Assembly: GCA_025061115.1 (NCBI GenBank)
Contig: JANZKC010000001.1
Location: 768,001-832,000 of the forward strand
Direction of reading: 5' to 3'
Source of the DNA: Candidatus Culexmicrobium cathedralense
Lineage (GTDB): Archaea > Thermoproteota > Methanomethylicia > Culexarchaeales > Culexmicrobiaceae
Length of the DNA stretch: 64,000 bases
A program made the position numbers and the translations under genes. The notes beneath the pieces were generated by a model. That model searched no databases, had not been told where the DNA came from, and saw only the letters and a list, made by a program, of their open reading frames with translations. Numbering within the stretch: the stretch's first letter is position 1; the number at the start of each line of letters is the position of its first letter. Shown here piece after piece: positions 19,946-28,709 of this stretch.

Positions 19946-20414
19946 ATGGGTTTTGCAATTAATTTGGAGAATATTGCCAGCATACATTGCAAATGCGGCG
20001 CCAGTCGCTTTCGTGAGGAAGGGGCATCCGATCGACTTCGGCAAAAAAATGAGGGACGGAAATCCGATATTTGGGCGAGGAAAGACCTTTGAGGGGTTTA
20101 TTGTTGGCGTAACTGCAGGCACGTTGATTGGTTTGATTCAAAGTAGAGTCGCTGCATCGTTCATGCTGGCCCTTGGAGCTATGATTGGAGATCTCACGGG
20201 ATCCTTTTTAAAGAGAAGATTAGGTATCCGGAGCAGTGAGCCCGCACCTTTGCTGGATCAGGTGTCCTTCCTTATAGGTGCAATAGCTCTTTCAAGCATA
20301 TTGGAGGCATACTCGCTGGAGGAAGTCGTAGTCTTAATTTTAATTACCATACCATTACATCTAATAACAAACATTTTCGCGTACTTCATGAAGCTTAAAA
20401 AAGTGCCGTGGTGA
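19932..20414 (+). CDS. carS: CDP-archaeol synthase
   Basis: LPAYIANAAP, PIDFG, GKTFEG, GDLTGSFLKRRLG, LLDQ, KKVPW. Confidence 0.93.
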   Translation: MENIEWVLQLIWRILPAYIANAAPVAFVRKGHPIDFGKKMRDGNPIFGRGKTFEGFIVGVTAGTLIGLIQSRVAASFMLALGAMIGDLTGSFLKRRLGIRSSEPAPLLDQVSFLIGAIALSSILEAYSLEEVVVLILITIPLHLITNIFAYFMKLKKVPW

Positions 20415-20424
20415 TGATTTGAAG

Positions 20425-20838
20425 CTAAATCCATCCAACCTTTTTAGCGAATAGGTATTGAAGTGAAAGTAGAGATACTATCAGCAGTATTGAGCCAAAA
20501 GCTAATAGCATATTTGTATATTTGGGGTCATGCGTTATTTTACTGCTCATTTGAATAAGTAAAAGACCTAAAAACCCACATAAGATTAACATGGAAACAA
20601 CTACTGCCTCAACAACTGTTTGAAAATCAAGGTATGGAGCAAGGAAAGATATTCTCCCTCCAATTGGAATGAACCATATTGGTGGCTCTACCAACACATA
20701 TACAGCTCCACTCATCAAGAAAATACATGTAAATACGGAAATTAGAGGTATAAGTTTATAGAATAAAGCTCGCATAGAAGTTGCAATTTTCACTACACTT
20801 GAGAGGCTTCTTGGCAGTCTGCGCAAACGCAACACCAA
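20425..20838 (-). CDS. OST3/OST6/OSTC(DC2)-like oligosaccharyltransferase accessory membrane protein
   Basis: Three TM helices; SGAVYVLVEPP...FLAPYLDFQTVVEA parallels DC2/OST3 GG..YD.I..PP...F......QY..EG. Confidence 0.65.
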   Translation of the reverse strand: MVLRLRRLPRSLSSVVKIATSMRALFYKLIPLISVFTCIFLMSGAVYVLVEPPIWFIPIGGRISFLAPYLDFQTVVEAVVVSMLILCGFLGLLLIQMSSKITHDPKYTNMLLAFGSILLIVSLLSLQYLFAKKVGWI

Positions 20839-20934
20839 AAAGCAATGGGAATTAGGATAGAATTAAGCTTTACCATAGCTAGGTGTAGGAAAAAATAAAT
20901 TTCCGATATCCAATTTGTGGGCGGAGGCCACCAG

Positions 20935-21675
20935 ATGCGAGCAGTGGAGTTAGCTTGCTCAATGTACTTTTATAAAAGCAACTTAGGACTTCTCTTTCCA
21001 TCGATAGAGGCAAACGCAGAAACATCTAAAGTAATAGCTGAAATTGCAAAATACTCTGAAATGGTTAATAAGAAGATAGCTGATCTAGGGGCGAAAAGAA
21101 ACCTAGAGGTTGCGCCAGCAATAGGATATTCGGAGTTTATGGGTAGAGAATTAGAGATTGCATATCTCTCAATAGGTGACGATTTTCCGGATGTAGGATA
21201 CGTTTTAAGACCAATATTCATAGAATTGGGGGACATCGGGTTAGAAAGACCAAGCGTGAGCGTCTTTGCATTTTACCATCCGCCAGTTAAGGTCATAATA
21301 GATAATGTGCCCGGATGGGTAACCCCTCAAGGCATGACGTTAAGGGACGTAAGGGCGCTGGGAGCCCCAAAGCAGATTCAAATTAACATATATAATGTAG
21401 ACTTTAACTTGACGAAGATGCTTACTAAAGCCATTATAAGGTGTGCCTTATGGGAGAGGGCTTTTTCGGTTCCTTCAGAAAAAGCCGTTGAAGCATATAC
21501 TGAAAAAATCATGAGGAAACTTAACAGCCGAGAAAAAACGCAGATAGTTATGGGAATAAAGGAAATTGCAGAAGGTGTTTTAAAGAGAATAGAGAATCTA
21601 AGCAACGAACTTGAAGCATGTATGGGAGATGAACTTAGCAAAGTAGATCTACTAATAAGATCGATTATCAAATAA
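20935..21675 (+). CDS. Hypothetical protein
   Basis: Long ORF with GGAGG SD before ATG 20935; no motif recognised. Confidence 0.7.
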   Translation: MRAVELACSMYFYKSNLGLLFPSIEANAETSKVIAEIAKYSEMVNKKIADLGAKRNLEVAPAIGYSEFMGRELEIAYLSIGDDFPDVGYVLRPIFIELGDIGLERPSVSVFAFYHPPVKVIIDNVPGWVTPQGMTLRDVRALGAPKQIQINIYNVDFNLTKMLTKAIIRCALWERAFSVPSEKAVEAYTEKIMRKLNSREKTQIVMGIKEIAEGVLKRIENLSNELEACMGDELSKVDLLIRSIIK

Positions 21676-22069
21676 AGCGCTTCTTAAATGTCTTAGCATA
21701 TACTGCCACCACAACTAGTGGACTGTTACACTTTGGACAGCTTCCAACTTCCTTAAAGATGTAATCTCCCCGCCTAAACTCTCGCTCCTCCTTAAAGTTA
21801 CAACTTTCATTTGTGCACTTAATTGTTACTACGCTTAAGAATCTAGGTCGAAGTCTATATTGCAGCTGCCTCTTATGCTGAAAAGCAAATATGAACGATA
21901 ATGCTAGGCATATTATACCGGAAAGGATATAGTCGAGAGACAGGCTTTCACCGGCTTCACCCTTAAGATCCGCTAAGCCTAAGAAGAAAAGTACAAAGGC
22001 AGCAAACGAGAATATCACTGACATTATCATTAATATTTGCGACTTTCCACTCTTTGCCATGCAACTCAC
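21668..22069 (-). CDS. Two-TM membrane protein with C-terminal Zn ribbon
   Basis: KCTNESC...REFRRGDYIFK...CPKC; downstream of DUF1512. Confidence 0.8.
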   Translation of the reverse strand: MSCMAKSGKSQILMIMSVIFSFAAFVLFFLGLADLKGEAGESLSLDYILSGIICLALSFIFAFQHKRQLQYRLRPRFLSVVTIKCTNESCNFKEEREFRRGDYIFKEVGSCPKCNSPLVVVAVYAKTFKKRFI

Positions 22070-22072
22070 CCA

Positions 22073-23182
22073 TTACTGACCGATGCCAATGGTATTTCCA
22101 ATTCCTGCAATAATCACTGTCTCCCCCTCCTTAACCCGCTCCCTGATTATGTCCAGCACTTTCTGAACCGCCTTTTCAGCAGCTTCTAAAACTTCCCTAC
22201 GCATAACTGTTATGGCTTCTTCTAATGAAATCTTTATTGCAATAGCATCTATTGGAATGTTGTATTTAACTGCAATTTCCTCTATTTTATATTTTTCAGG
22301 GCCAGGGTCACCAATAGCAGCTCCTACACCCTCTGCTATCCTGCCTGTCTTTTCCCCTTCGAGTTTGGCCGCAGCATCAACCATAATTATTCTGGCAATA
22401 GACCCCCCGTTTTGAGCTACAATTCTGGCGATAGCCTCTCCCGGCTTTCCAACTTCTGCCCCCGGACCTTTAGCCTTAATTACTATGACCTTCCGACCTT
22501 CAAAGTCAAACTCTGAGGCAACGACATTTTTAGCTATCTCTTTATATGGCTTTCCACGCATAAGCTTTGCTGCAACAAGCGCTCCAACGCCATCTCCGAT
22601 TGGCTTGCCATTCGAAAAAGCGTCTACTGCGCCGAAGAAAGCTTCAGCATAACGCAGTATTATTGGAAGATACATCTGAAGTTGCATTATGAAGACAACG
22701 CTTTTCGTTTTCTTACTAAGAAGAAGCAAATGCCGTATTTCTCTATATAGAGTGTTGAGTACAATGGTTGCCTCCAATAATCCCTCTATATTTGAAATAA
22801 AAGTAGGATCAGCGTTGGGAGCAATTTTCCTGGCGAAAGCTTCAATTCTCCTATCACGCGTATTCAGTACATGTTCAAGTCTTCTAATAACTCCAGCAGG
22901 ATCAAGAGAAACCGGCGCTATGTAAAAGAAGTCCAGAAAGTCTTCAATTAAAGGAGTGGGGTCAAAGTTCGGGTTGCCTAATTCCTTGACAGTTTTTATG
23001 GTGATGCTCTTTGCGCTAGATGCAAGATAATGCAATCGCCGAAGTGCTCCCTCCGCCTCCCTAATCCACATCCAAACCTGAATACGCTGATTAAACAGCG
23101 TTATAAATAGAGCAAAACCCAAGAAGAATATTATGTCAAGTACATATTTATTAAGGGAATCCTCAATTGGCAAGAAAGACAT
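22073..23182 (-). CDS. DUF1512 family protein
   Basis: PVSLDPAG, GKPIGDGVG, IMVDAAAKLEGEKTG, GDPGPEKY, GIGNTIGIGQ; likely start 23182. Confidence 0.88.
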   Translation of the reverse strand: MSFLPIEDSLNKYVLDIIFFLGFALFITLFNQRIQVWMWIREAEGALRRLHYLASSAKSITIKTVKELGNPNFDPTPLIEDFLDFFYIAPVSLDPAGVIRRLEHVLNTRDRRIEAFARKIAPNADPTFISNIEGLLEATIVLNTLYREIRHLLLLSKKTKSVVFIMQLQMYLPIILRYAEAFFGAVDAFSNGKPIGDGVGALVAAKLMRGKPYKEIAKNVVASEFDFEGRKVIVIKAKGPGAEVGKPGEAIARIVAQNGGSIARIIMVDAAAKLEGEKTGRIAEGVGAAIGDPGPEKYKIEEIAVKYNIPIDAIAIKISLEEAITVMRREVLEAAEKAVQKVLDIIRERVKEGETVIIAGIGNTIGIGQ

Positions 23183-23305
23183 GATAATTAACTTCAAGCC
23201 GCCTCTAAACCTCCCAATTCGGTTAGAAACATGATGAAAACTATAAATAAATTTATTCATCCCATTAAGGCTTAATAAAATCAAAAATGAAATTGCAAAT
23301 TAATG

Positions 23306-23436
23306 AGTGCACCGCCAGCACGCCCCTTTCCCGGTGCCTCTCGGACACCAGTACTCAGGCGCGCGGCAGTGGGCTTGACTTCCGGGTTCGGAATGAGTCC
23401 GGGTATTTCCCCACTGCCTATGGCCGGCGGTGCACT
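23306..23436 (-). rRNA. rrf: 5S rRNA (stand-alone)
   Basis: Reverse complement GGCCATAGGCAGTGGGGAAATACCCGGACTCATTCCGAACCCGGAAGTCAAGCCC...AGTACTGG...GGGAAAG; complementary termini; exact ends approximate. Confidence 0.95.
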
Positions 23437-23550
23437 CAAAATATGGGAGTTACTTGCACACTAATAAACCTTCCTTCATCAACTGAACTTAACTATCAAA
23501 AGACAATCGATAAGTTAAGCTTATAAAACATGGATACAAGCTTTTCTTGG

Positions 23551-23662
23551 GCCGGGGTCGCCTAGCCTGGTTAGGGCGCCGGACTCATAATCTAAGCGAT
23601 ATAGGGGACCAGACATAGGTGGAATCCGGTTTTCGCGGGTTCGAAGCCCGCCCCCGGCACCA
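23551..23662 (+). tRNA. tRNA-Met(CAT) elongator with 34-nt intron (~23591-23624, BHB best at 38/39)
   Basis: GCCGGGG acceptor, CCGGA-CTCATAA-[intron]-TCCGG, encoded CCA. Confidence 0.92.
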
Positions 23663-23754
23663 AACACTGGTACCCTTCTAAACCAGCAATACTCGCCATG
23701 GGCATAATAGAAGAATCTAAGGTCTTATTCCTTAAACACTCATTTTCAAAATAA

Positions 23755-23826
23755 AGCCGGGGAGGGGATTTGAACCCCTGTAAAGCGGATCTGCAGTCCG
23801 CCGCCTAACCACTTGGCTACCCCGGC
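23755..23826 (-). tRNA. tRNA-Cys(GCA)
   Basis: Reverse complement GCCGGGGTAGCCAAGTGGTTAGGCGGCGGACTGCAGATCCGC...CCCCGGCT (U73). Confidence 0.95.
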
Positions 23827-23903
23827 TCTATATTAAGCTACTTGCAAGGTGGATTATATAAGTTTGACTTGAAGAAACTTAGTGGATAGCTATAGTAAAG
23901 TGC

Positions 23904-24425
23904 TTACTTAGCTTGCAGAGGCTCTTGGAGAGCTTCTATTACTATTCTTGTAGGTACAGATATCTTTGAGCCAGCAACTTTAAGCGCTCTTTTAGCTTGC
24001 TCTATGTGTTCAGGTTTTGTGCGTATGAGGATTATTGTTTGTCCTGGCCTTACTCTTGCAGCAGTTCCAATTGGTTTTCCAAATGCTAGGCGCATGCCAT
24101 CTTGAAGACGGTCTGCGCCGGCGAAAGCCATCATTTTATTTTCTCTTAGGACGTGGTGTGGGTAAACTTTGATTTTTAGGTGATAATTTGAGCGCCCGAT
24201 TTTCTCCATAATTTTATTAGCGGATACGCGTGCAGCTTCTAACGCGTTGTGCCTAATTTGACCAATTTCTTTGGAAACGAGCCTCACTTCTATTGGAAAA
24301 TCACCTTTAGGGTTACCCATATCGAATCTTGCAATTTTTGGGGGCGGAACTCCACTTATATACTCTCGTCTGGTATATGGTGGTCCGCTTATGTGTCTGT
24401 AGCATCTCCCTGGTCTTAGAGGCAT
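23904..24425 (-). CDS. rpl10e: 50S ribosomal protein L10e (uL16)
   Basis: [37 protein letters not shown]. Confidence 0.97.
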   Translation of the reverse strand: MPLRPGRCYRHISGPPYTRREYISGVPPPKIARFDMGNPKGDFPIEVRLVSKEIGQIRHNALEAARVSANKIMEKIGRSNYHLKIKVYPHHVLRENKMMAFAGADRLQDGMRLAFGKPIGTAARVRPGQTIILIRTKPEHIEQAKRALKVAGSKISVPTRIVIEALQEPLQAK

Positions 24426-24488
24426 GACTTATCCACTCGGCTAGTGATTACGCAAAACCATAATTTAAGGATTGCTGAGGATGTATGG

Positions 24489-25553
24489 CTAGATTTTTTC
24501 TAGCATAATTATGAATGGGTGTAGATTTCCGTGAAATACGCGCCTATACCCTTTAACTGTGTAATTTAGGTCATTGGCAAGTCGTTTTATTAAGCGTAGC
24601 TCGGTTGATAGGAGGGTTATTAAACCATTGTCTTTCAAGGTTTCTCTGGCAGAAGAGAGAAATTCTCGATATAATGATTTAATTATTGACCGCCTGCCAG
24701 TTCTTATGCCATATGGTAGATTTGAAATTATCCTGTCAATGTCAAAGTTTAATTCCTCATTTATTCGTCTTGCATCACCAACCTTAAAACATACTTTATC
24801 ATGCACGCCAGCTGCCAGTGCGTTTAGCTTTGCACCTTTCACATGCTTTGGGGAAATGTCCATCCCATAAATTTCGCATGATGAATTGATAAAGCAGCAC
24901 TCTATGGGGATGGTGCCACCGCCGCACATTGGGTCTACCACTATACAACCTTTGAATAATTGCGACATCATGGACATTGCATAGGCAATTGTGGGCTTAA
25001 GAGCAGCTGGGTGATCGTAGACTCTATAGCCACGCCTATGTAATGATTGGTCACCAGTAGTGCATATACTCACAAAGCAGACTTCACCGACAACGTCTAC
25101 TCGAACAATTACTGCAGGATTATCGAGATTTACCGGAGGGGACTGACTCCCACTTGAAAATAAGTCTTTGACTGCTTTTCCAGCTATTCTGGCAATATCC
25201 ATAGAGGTATATTCGTGCGAGCCTAGCCGCTCTGCTCGAACGGCGAAGCTGATATGCGGATTTAGGTACTCTTCAATACCAGATTTCAATATGCAGTCAT
25301 ATATGTCATTCAATCCAGCAGTTCTCCTTGAAATCTTGCTGGTAGAGAGAAGTATGGAAACTCGATGAAGTAGCCTAGACTTCGAATTCAGTAGGGATGA
25401 TGCGTAATCTCCATTTTCAGTACACTCTACGATGAGCCTTCCTTGAACTCCCAAGGGCTTAATTCTTGCTTCCGAGATGGTGAGCAAGTTGCTGACTTCT
25501 TCAAGAGCAATGTCTTCTATTCCAGGGCATGTTGTTAGTAGGAGGCGAGTCAT
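24489..25553 (-). CDS. trm14: THUMP-domain tRNA m2G methyltransferase (Trm14-like)
   Basis: THUMP region, LHRRGYRVYDHPAALKP, DPMCGGGTI, SNLPYG. Confidence 0.85.
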   Translation of the reverse strand: MTRLLLTTCPGIEDIALEEVSNLLTISEARIKPLGVQGRLIVECTENGDYASSLLNSKSRLLHRVSILLSTSKISRRTAGLNDIYDCILKSGIEEYLNPHISFAVRAERLGSHEYTSMDIARIAGKAVKDLFSSGSQSPPVNLDNPAVIVRVDVVGEVCFVSICTTGDQSLHRRGYRVYDHPAALKPTIAYAMSMMSQLFKGCIVVDPMCGGGTIPIECCFINSSCEIYGMDISPKHVKGAKLNALAAGVHDKVCFKVGDARRINEELNFDIDRIISNLPYGIRTGRRSIIKSLYREFLSSARETLKDNGLITLLSTELRLIKRLANDLNYTVKGYRRVFHGNLHPFIIMLEKI

Positions 25554-25566
25554 TTTCTACTCCATC

Positions 25567-26634
25567 CTACTCAACTCTTGCAATGTAGATGTTGTGTTTA
25601 GTTCGTAGTATGCGCGCATAAACTTTAACTCCAATTGGAATGTCATCGGCATCGACGAGGGTAATTACTCTTCCCTTGGCAGTCGCTATTTTTTCGCCCT
25701 TGAGCCACCCTGGACCTACGACGGTGACCTTAACTTTTTCAAAGCGCTTGAATGGACGCGGCAACATAGGCAATTTAATTATATTGAAGTCCTCGGGTTT
25801 AAGTATGAGCTTTACATTTAACTCCTTCTCCCAAACCCTTAGAGTTTTATAGAACTTGTACCACGAAATGGGTTTAACTCCAGGAGGTTTCCTTCCAAAT
25901 TTATGATACTCATATTTCTGTATTCCTAATGGTGGCCACTTCTTTCCTGCGCCAATTTTCTTCGCGAACTCTACGATCTTTGGAATTTCGCTATTGTTGA
26001 TTCCAGGAATCCAAACTGGAGCTATGAGTAAGTCTATCTTAGACTGCGAAATATATTCAGCAATGCTGGTGATGTGGTTGATGTCGTAGAAATCGGCTCC
26101 AGCAATTTTCCTTGCAAGATCCTCATTTAAGGCATCAATCGACAGGTTTATTCTAGATAGACCTGCATCAGCCAGCTCATCAATCATGCGCTCATTAAGT
26201 AGGGTTCCATGTGTCTGCATGGATATAACTTCAATTCCAGGAATGTCTGCCAGTTTACATACTAAGTCTATGAGGTGAGGGTAAGTTGTCGGGTCGCCAA
26301 CGGTGTCGATATGAGCTTCTATGTGTCTTCCACCTTTAAAAGCTACAAGCTCTCTAACCACGTGGATTAGGTAGTCCAATTCAACAAAATACTCTGTTTG
26401 GCGCCATTTTGACTTTGGACCTGCATCAGTTGAGCAAAATATGCAAGAAAGAGGGCAGGTCGAACTGGGGCGAATTTGCAGTATGTTAGTTCCCCTATCT
26501 ATAACTCCAAAAGCAATGCATCCTACTAGGGGGATGTCATCGCTCCAATTAATTTTGAACAATTTCCGCGTATTGCTGCATTGACAATTTGGCATTTCAA
26601 GCACCAGCATTAACCCGCATATTATTGCATGCAA
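25567..26634 (-). CDS. Radical SAM protein with C-terminal TRAM-like domain
   Basis: IPLVGCIAFGVIDRGTN, CPLSCIFC; true start probably 30-70 nt downstream of track start. Confidence 0.88.
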   Translation of the reverse strand: MHAIICGLMLVLEMPNCQCSNTRKLFKINWSDDIPLVGCIAFGVIDRGTNILQIRPSSTCPLSCIFCSTDAGPKSKWRQTEYFVELDYLIHVVRELVAFKGGRHIEAHIDTVGDPTTYPHLIDLVCKLADIPGIEVISMQTHGTLLNERMIDELADAGLSRINLSIDALNEDLARKIAGADFYDINHITSIAEYISQSKIDLLIAPVWIPGINNSEIPKIVEFAKKIGAGKKWPPLGIQKYEYHKFGRKPPGVKPISWYKFYKTLRVWEKELNVKLILKPEDFNIIKLPMLPRPFKRFEKVKVTVVGPGWLKGEKIATAKGRVITLVDADDIPIGVKVYARILRTKHNIYIARVE

Positions 26635-26676
26635 AACACATAGATAGCTTTAATTCTTCGCTCGATAAAATTGTAA

Positions 26677-26890
26677 GGGGGCTCTGCCGCATACCACGCT
26701 AGACGGACCTAGGGGAGAAGGAGAATCCATCGATGACCCTTAGGGGTACCCAGGCGTGGGACAGGTAGAGCCCATTCATGGGGTGGGGAGCTAAGTCCCG
26801 CCGTCGAGAGTGCCCAAAGAGAGAGGCTTGCCCCCTCCCAATGAAATTGGGTGATCGCGTGCGGGGGACAGCTCCGCCACCCCATGCGCC
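26677..26890 (+). ncRNA. Putative two-hairpin H/ACA-like pseudouridylation guide RNA
   Basis: GC-rich intergenic island; two units of lower stem, internal pocket, upper stem, K-turn-like GA/AUGA cap, each followed by GACA (ACA at 26761-26763 and 26868-26870); TTTAAT ~25 nt upstream. Confidence 0.65.
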
Positions 26891-26987
26891 CAATAATTCA
26901 GAAGAAAACAGCTTAGAACCTAAGAAGTTATTTATGTGAAAGCATAAACTGCTTTGAAAGAGCCTAAAATGGCGAAGATGCCAATAA

Positions 26988-27455
26988 TTACTTAGCAATA
27001 AAGCTTTTCCATAAGCGTTCTTGACGCCTAATCTTAGCTGCAGATAAAGGACGCAGATCATTATCTTTTACAAGAGAGACAACGACGATTTCTAGTGGTG
27101 AAAGACCCCGGCTTTCTCTAATGCGGTTTATTTCTAAGGCTCGAGGCAAAGTTTCTTCACTAACCACAATGGCGGAGATGTCTTCGCTATTTATCGTTGG
27201 TCCATAAGGATCGTTAAGAATTACAATTTGCGCTCTTTCACTAACGCCTATGCTTTCTAAAAACCGCTTCAAAAGTTTCACTCTTTCATTGAGTGGGGGC
27301 ACGTAATGCGCTTTAAATCTTGCCAGCTTATCGCTTGTAATGCCTATTATCACTTTATTTCCCACTTCAAAGCATTTTTTTAGTAAGAGCTTATGTCCCT
27401 CGTGAAGAGAGTCGAAAGTGCCTCCAACTGCAACGCATTCATGCTTTTGTTTCAT
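26988..27455 (-). CDS. coaD: Phosphopantetheine adenylyltransferase
   Basis: VGGTFDSLHEGH, DPYGP, IVVSEET, INRIR; likely start 27455. Confidence 0.9.
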   Translation of the reverse strand: MKQKHECVAVGGTFDSLHEGHKLLLKKCFEVGNKVIIGITSDKLARFKAHYVPPLNERVKLLKRFLESIGVSERAQIVILNDPYGPTINSEDISAIVVSEETLPRALEINRIRESRGLSPLEIVVVSLVKDNDLRPLSAAKIRRQERLWKSFIAK

Positions 27456-27682
27456 AAGTTCACCACGCAGGAGCAGTACTGGTACTATTGTTAGATGAAG
27501 CGTTTTTAAATAGTTCTTTGTCAAAAAATTGCGTTAACTTCAACTGATAACTCAAGTTAACTTGAATTTTGAGGCGTTGCACTTATCCCGCCATATTCAC
27601 AGGCAAATTACGATTTAAAGGCTAGGTGAAGAAAAGCTTATCACCTGCTAGGGAAATTTTGGTACATGGGGCTGGCTGGGCT

Positions 27683-27836
27683 GGGACCCCCTTTAGGGGG
27701 CAGCATGCCGTAGCTCAGCAAGGTAGAGCGGCGGGCTCCAGAGCGCATAGGTAGAATTTGACCGGAAGGGATGATGTAGCTCTGGAGCGCGGGAGCAACC
27801 CGTTGGTCGTGGGTTCAAGTCCCACCGGCCCCACCA
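27683..27836 (+). tRNA. tRNA-Trp(CCA) with two introns: 3/4 (27686-27706) and 37/38 (27742-27797)
   Basis: GGG|intron|GCCG rebuilds GGGGCCG pairing with CGGCCCC-A-CCA; GCGGG-CTCCAG|intron|A-CCCGT; both junctions form BHB motifs. Confidence 0.9.
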
Positions 27837-27956
27837 ATAATCACATCTAACTTCTAGCTTAACAGCAGGCGTCTAGTTCAATGTAAGTAATATAAAATTC
27901 GAATATGCCAAATAGGCTATTAGCTGTTTAGAAGCATATTACATCGAGGTGGAAAA

Positions 27957-28667
27957 TTGAGTACTGATAAGGCTAAGCTCATGGCTGCTAAGGCAGCTTT
28001 AAAGCACATATCATCCGGGCTAGTCGTAGGGCTTGGCTCCGGCTCTACCGTCGAAATTTTCATTGAGGAACTTGCCAAGGAAGTAAAGCGCAGGAAGCTG
28101 GAGATCCAAGTAATTCCTTCATCATATCAAGTATTATTCCTGGCGCATAAGCATGGGCTGGAAGTTAAATTGCCGAGCGACGTAGAAAGAGTCGATATAG
28201 CCATCGATGGTGCTGACGAAATAGATCCAAAGTTGAATCTGCTTAAGGGTGGCGGCGCAGCTCTAGTGCGAGAAAAAATTGTTGCTTATATGGCTGAGAA
28301 GTATGTGATAATCGCAGATTACACGAAATTAGTTGAAAGGCTTGGGGAGAAAAAACCCATTCCAGTAGAGATACTTCCTTTTGCTTGGAAATGGACCCTT
28401 AATCACCTCAAGAAATATGGTGATGTAAAAATAAGGATGGCAAAAGGCGGAAAAGTTGGGCCAATAGTGACAGATAACGGCAATTTCATAGCGGATCTGT
28501 ACGTAAAGACAGTTGACGCCCCCGAAATACTCGAAAGGGAAATCAAGAGAATACCAGGGGTTATAGAGGTCGGGATTTTCACTGGGTTAACTGATGTCGC
28601 GTACATTGGCCATGTTGATAGTGTTGAGGTTCTCACTTCAAAGCAGCGGGTAAGTACTATCAATTAA
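27957..28667 (+). CDS. rpiA: Ribose-5-phosphate isomerase A
   Basis: GLGSGST, DGADEID, KGGGAALVREK, TDNGN, PGVIEVG. Confidence 0.97.
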   Translation: MSTDKAKLMAAKAALKHISSGLVVGLGSGSTVEIFIEELAKEVKRRKLEIQVIPSSYQVLFLAHKHGLEVKLPSDVERVDIAIDGADEIDPKLNLLKGGGAALVREKIVAYMAEKYVIIADYTKLVERLGEKKPIPVEILPFAWKWTLNHLKKYGDVKIRMAKGGKVGPIVTDNGNFIADLYVKTVDAPEILEREIKRIPGVIEVGIFTGLTDVAYIGHVDSVEVLTSKQRVSTIN

Positions 28668-28709
28668 CTTTGGTGTTAAGAACTATGCTGTGGGCATCAT
28701 AGGGAGTAT

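Noticed and set aside
23287-23526. 79-aa ORF on + strand
   Set aside because: Antisense to the 5S rRNA gene; spurious
26677-26890. RNase P RNA or SRP RNA identity for the GC-rich island
   Set aside because: Lacks the RNase P P4 consensus and the SRP helix 8 motif on either strand, and is too short for 7S RNA
26699-27061. 120-aa ORF on - strand
   Set aside because: Overlaps the coaD end and the structured RNA island; no protein-like motifs
27668-27836. Split or permuted tRNA-Trp, or mature start at G27668
   Set aside because: A cis BHB with start at 27683 explains the acceptor stem; a start at 27668 gives no valid BHB
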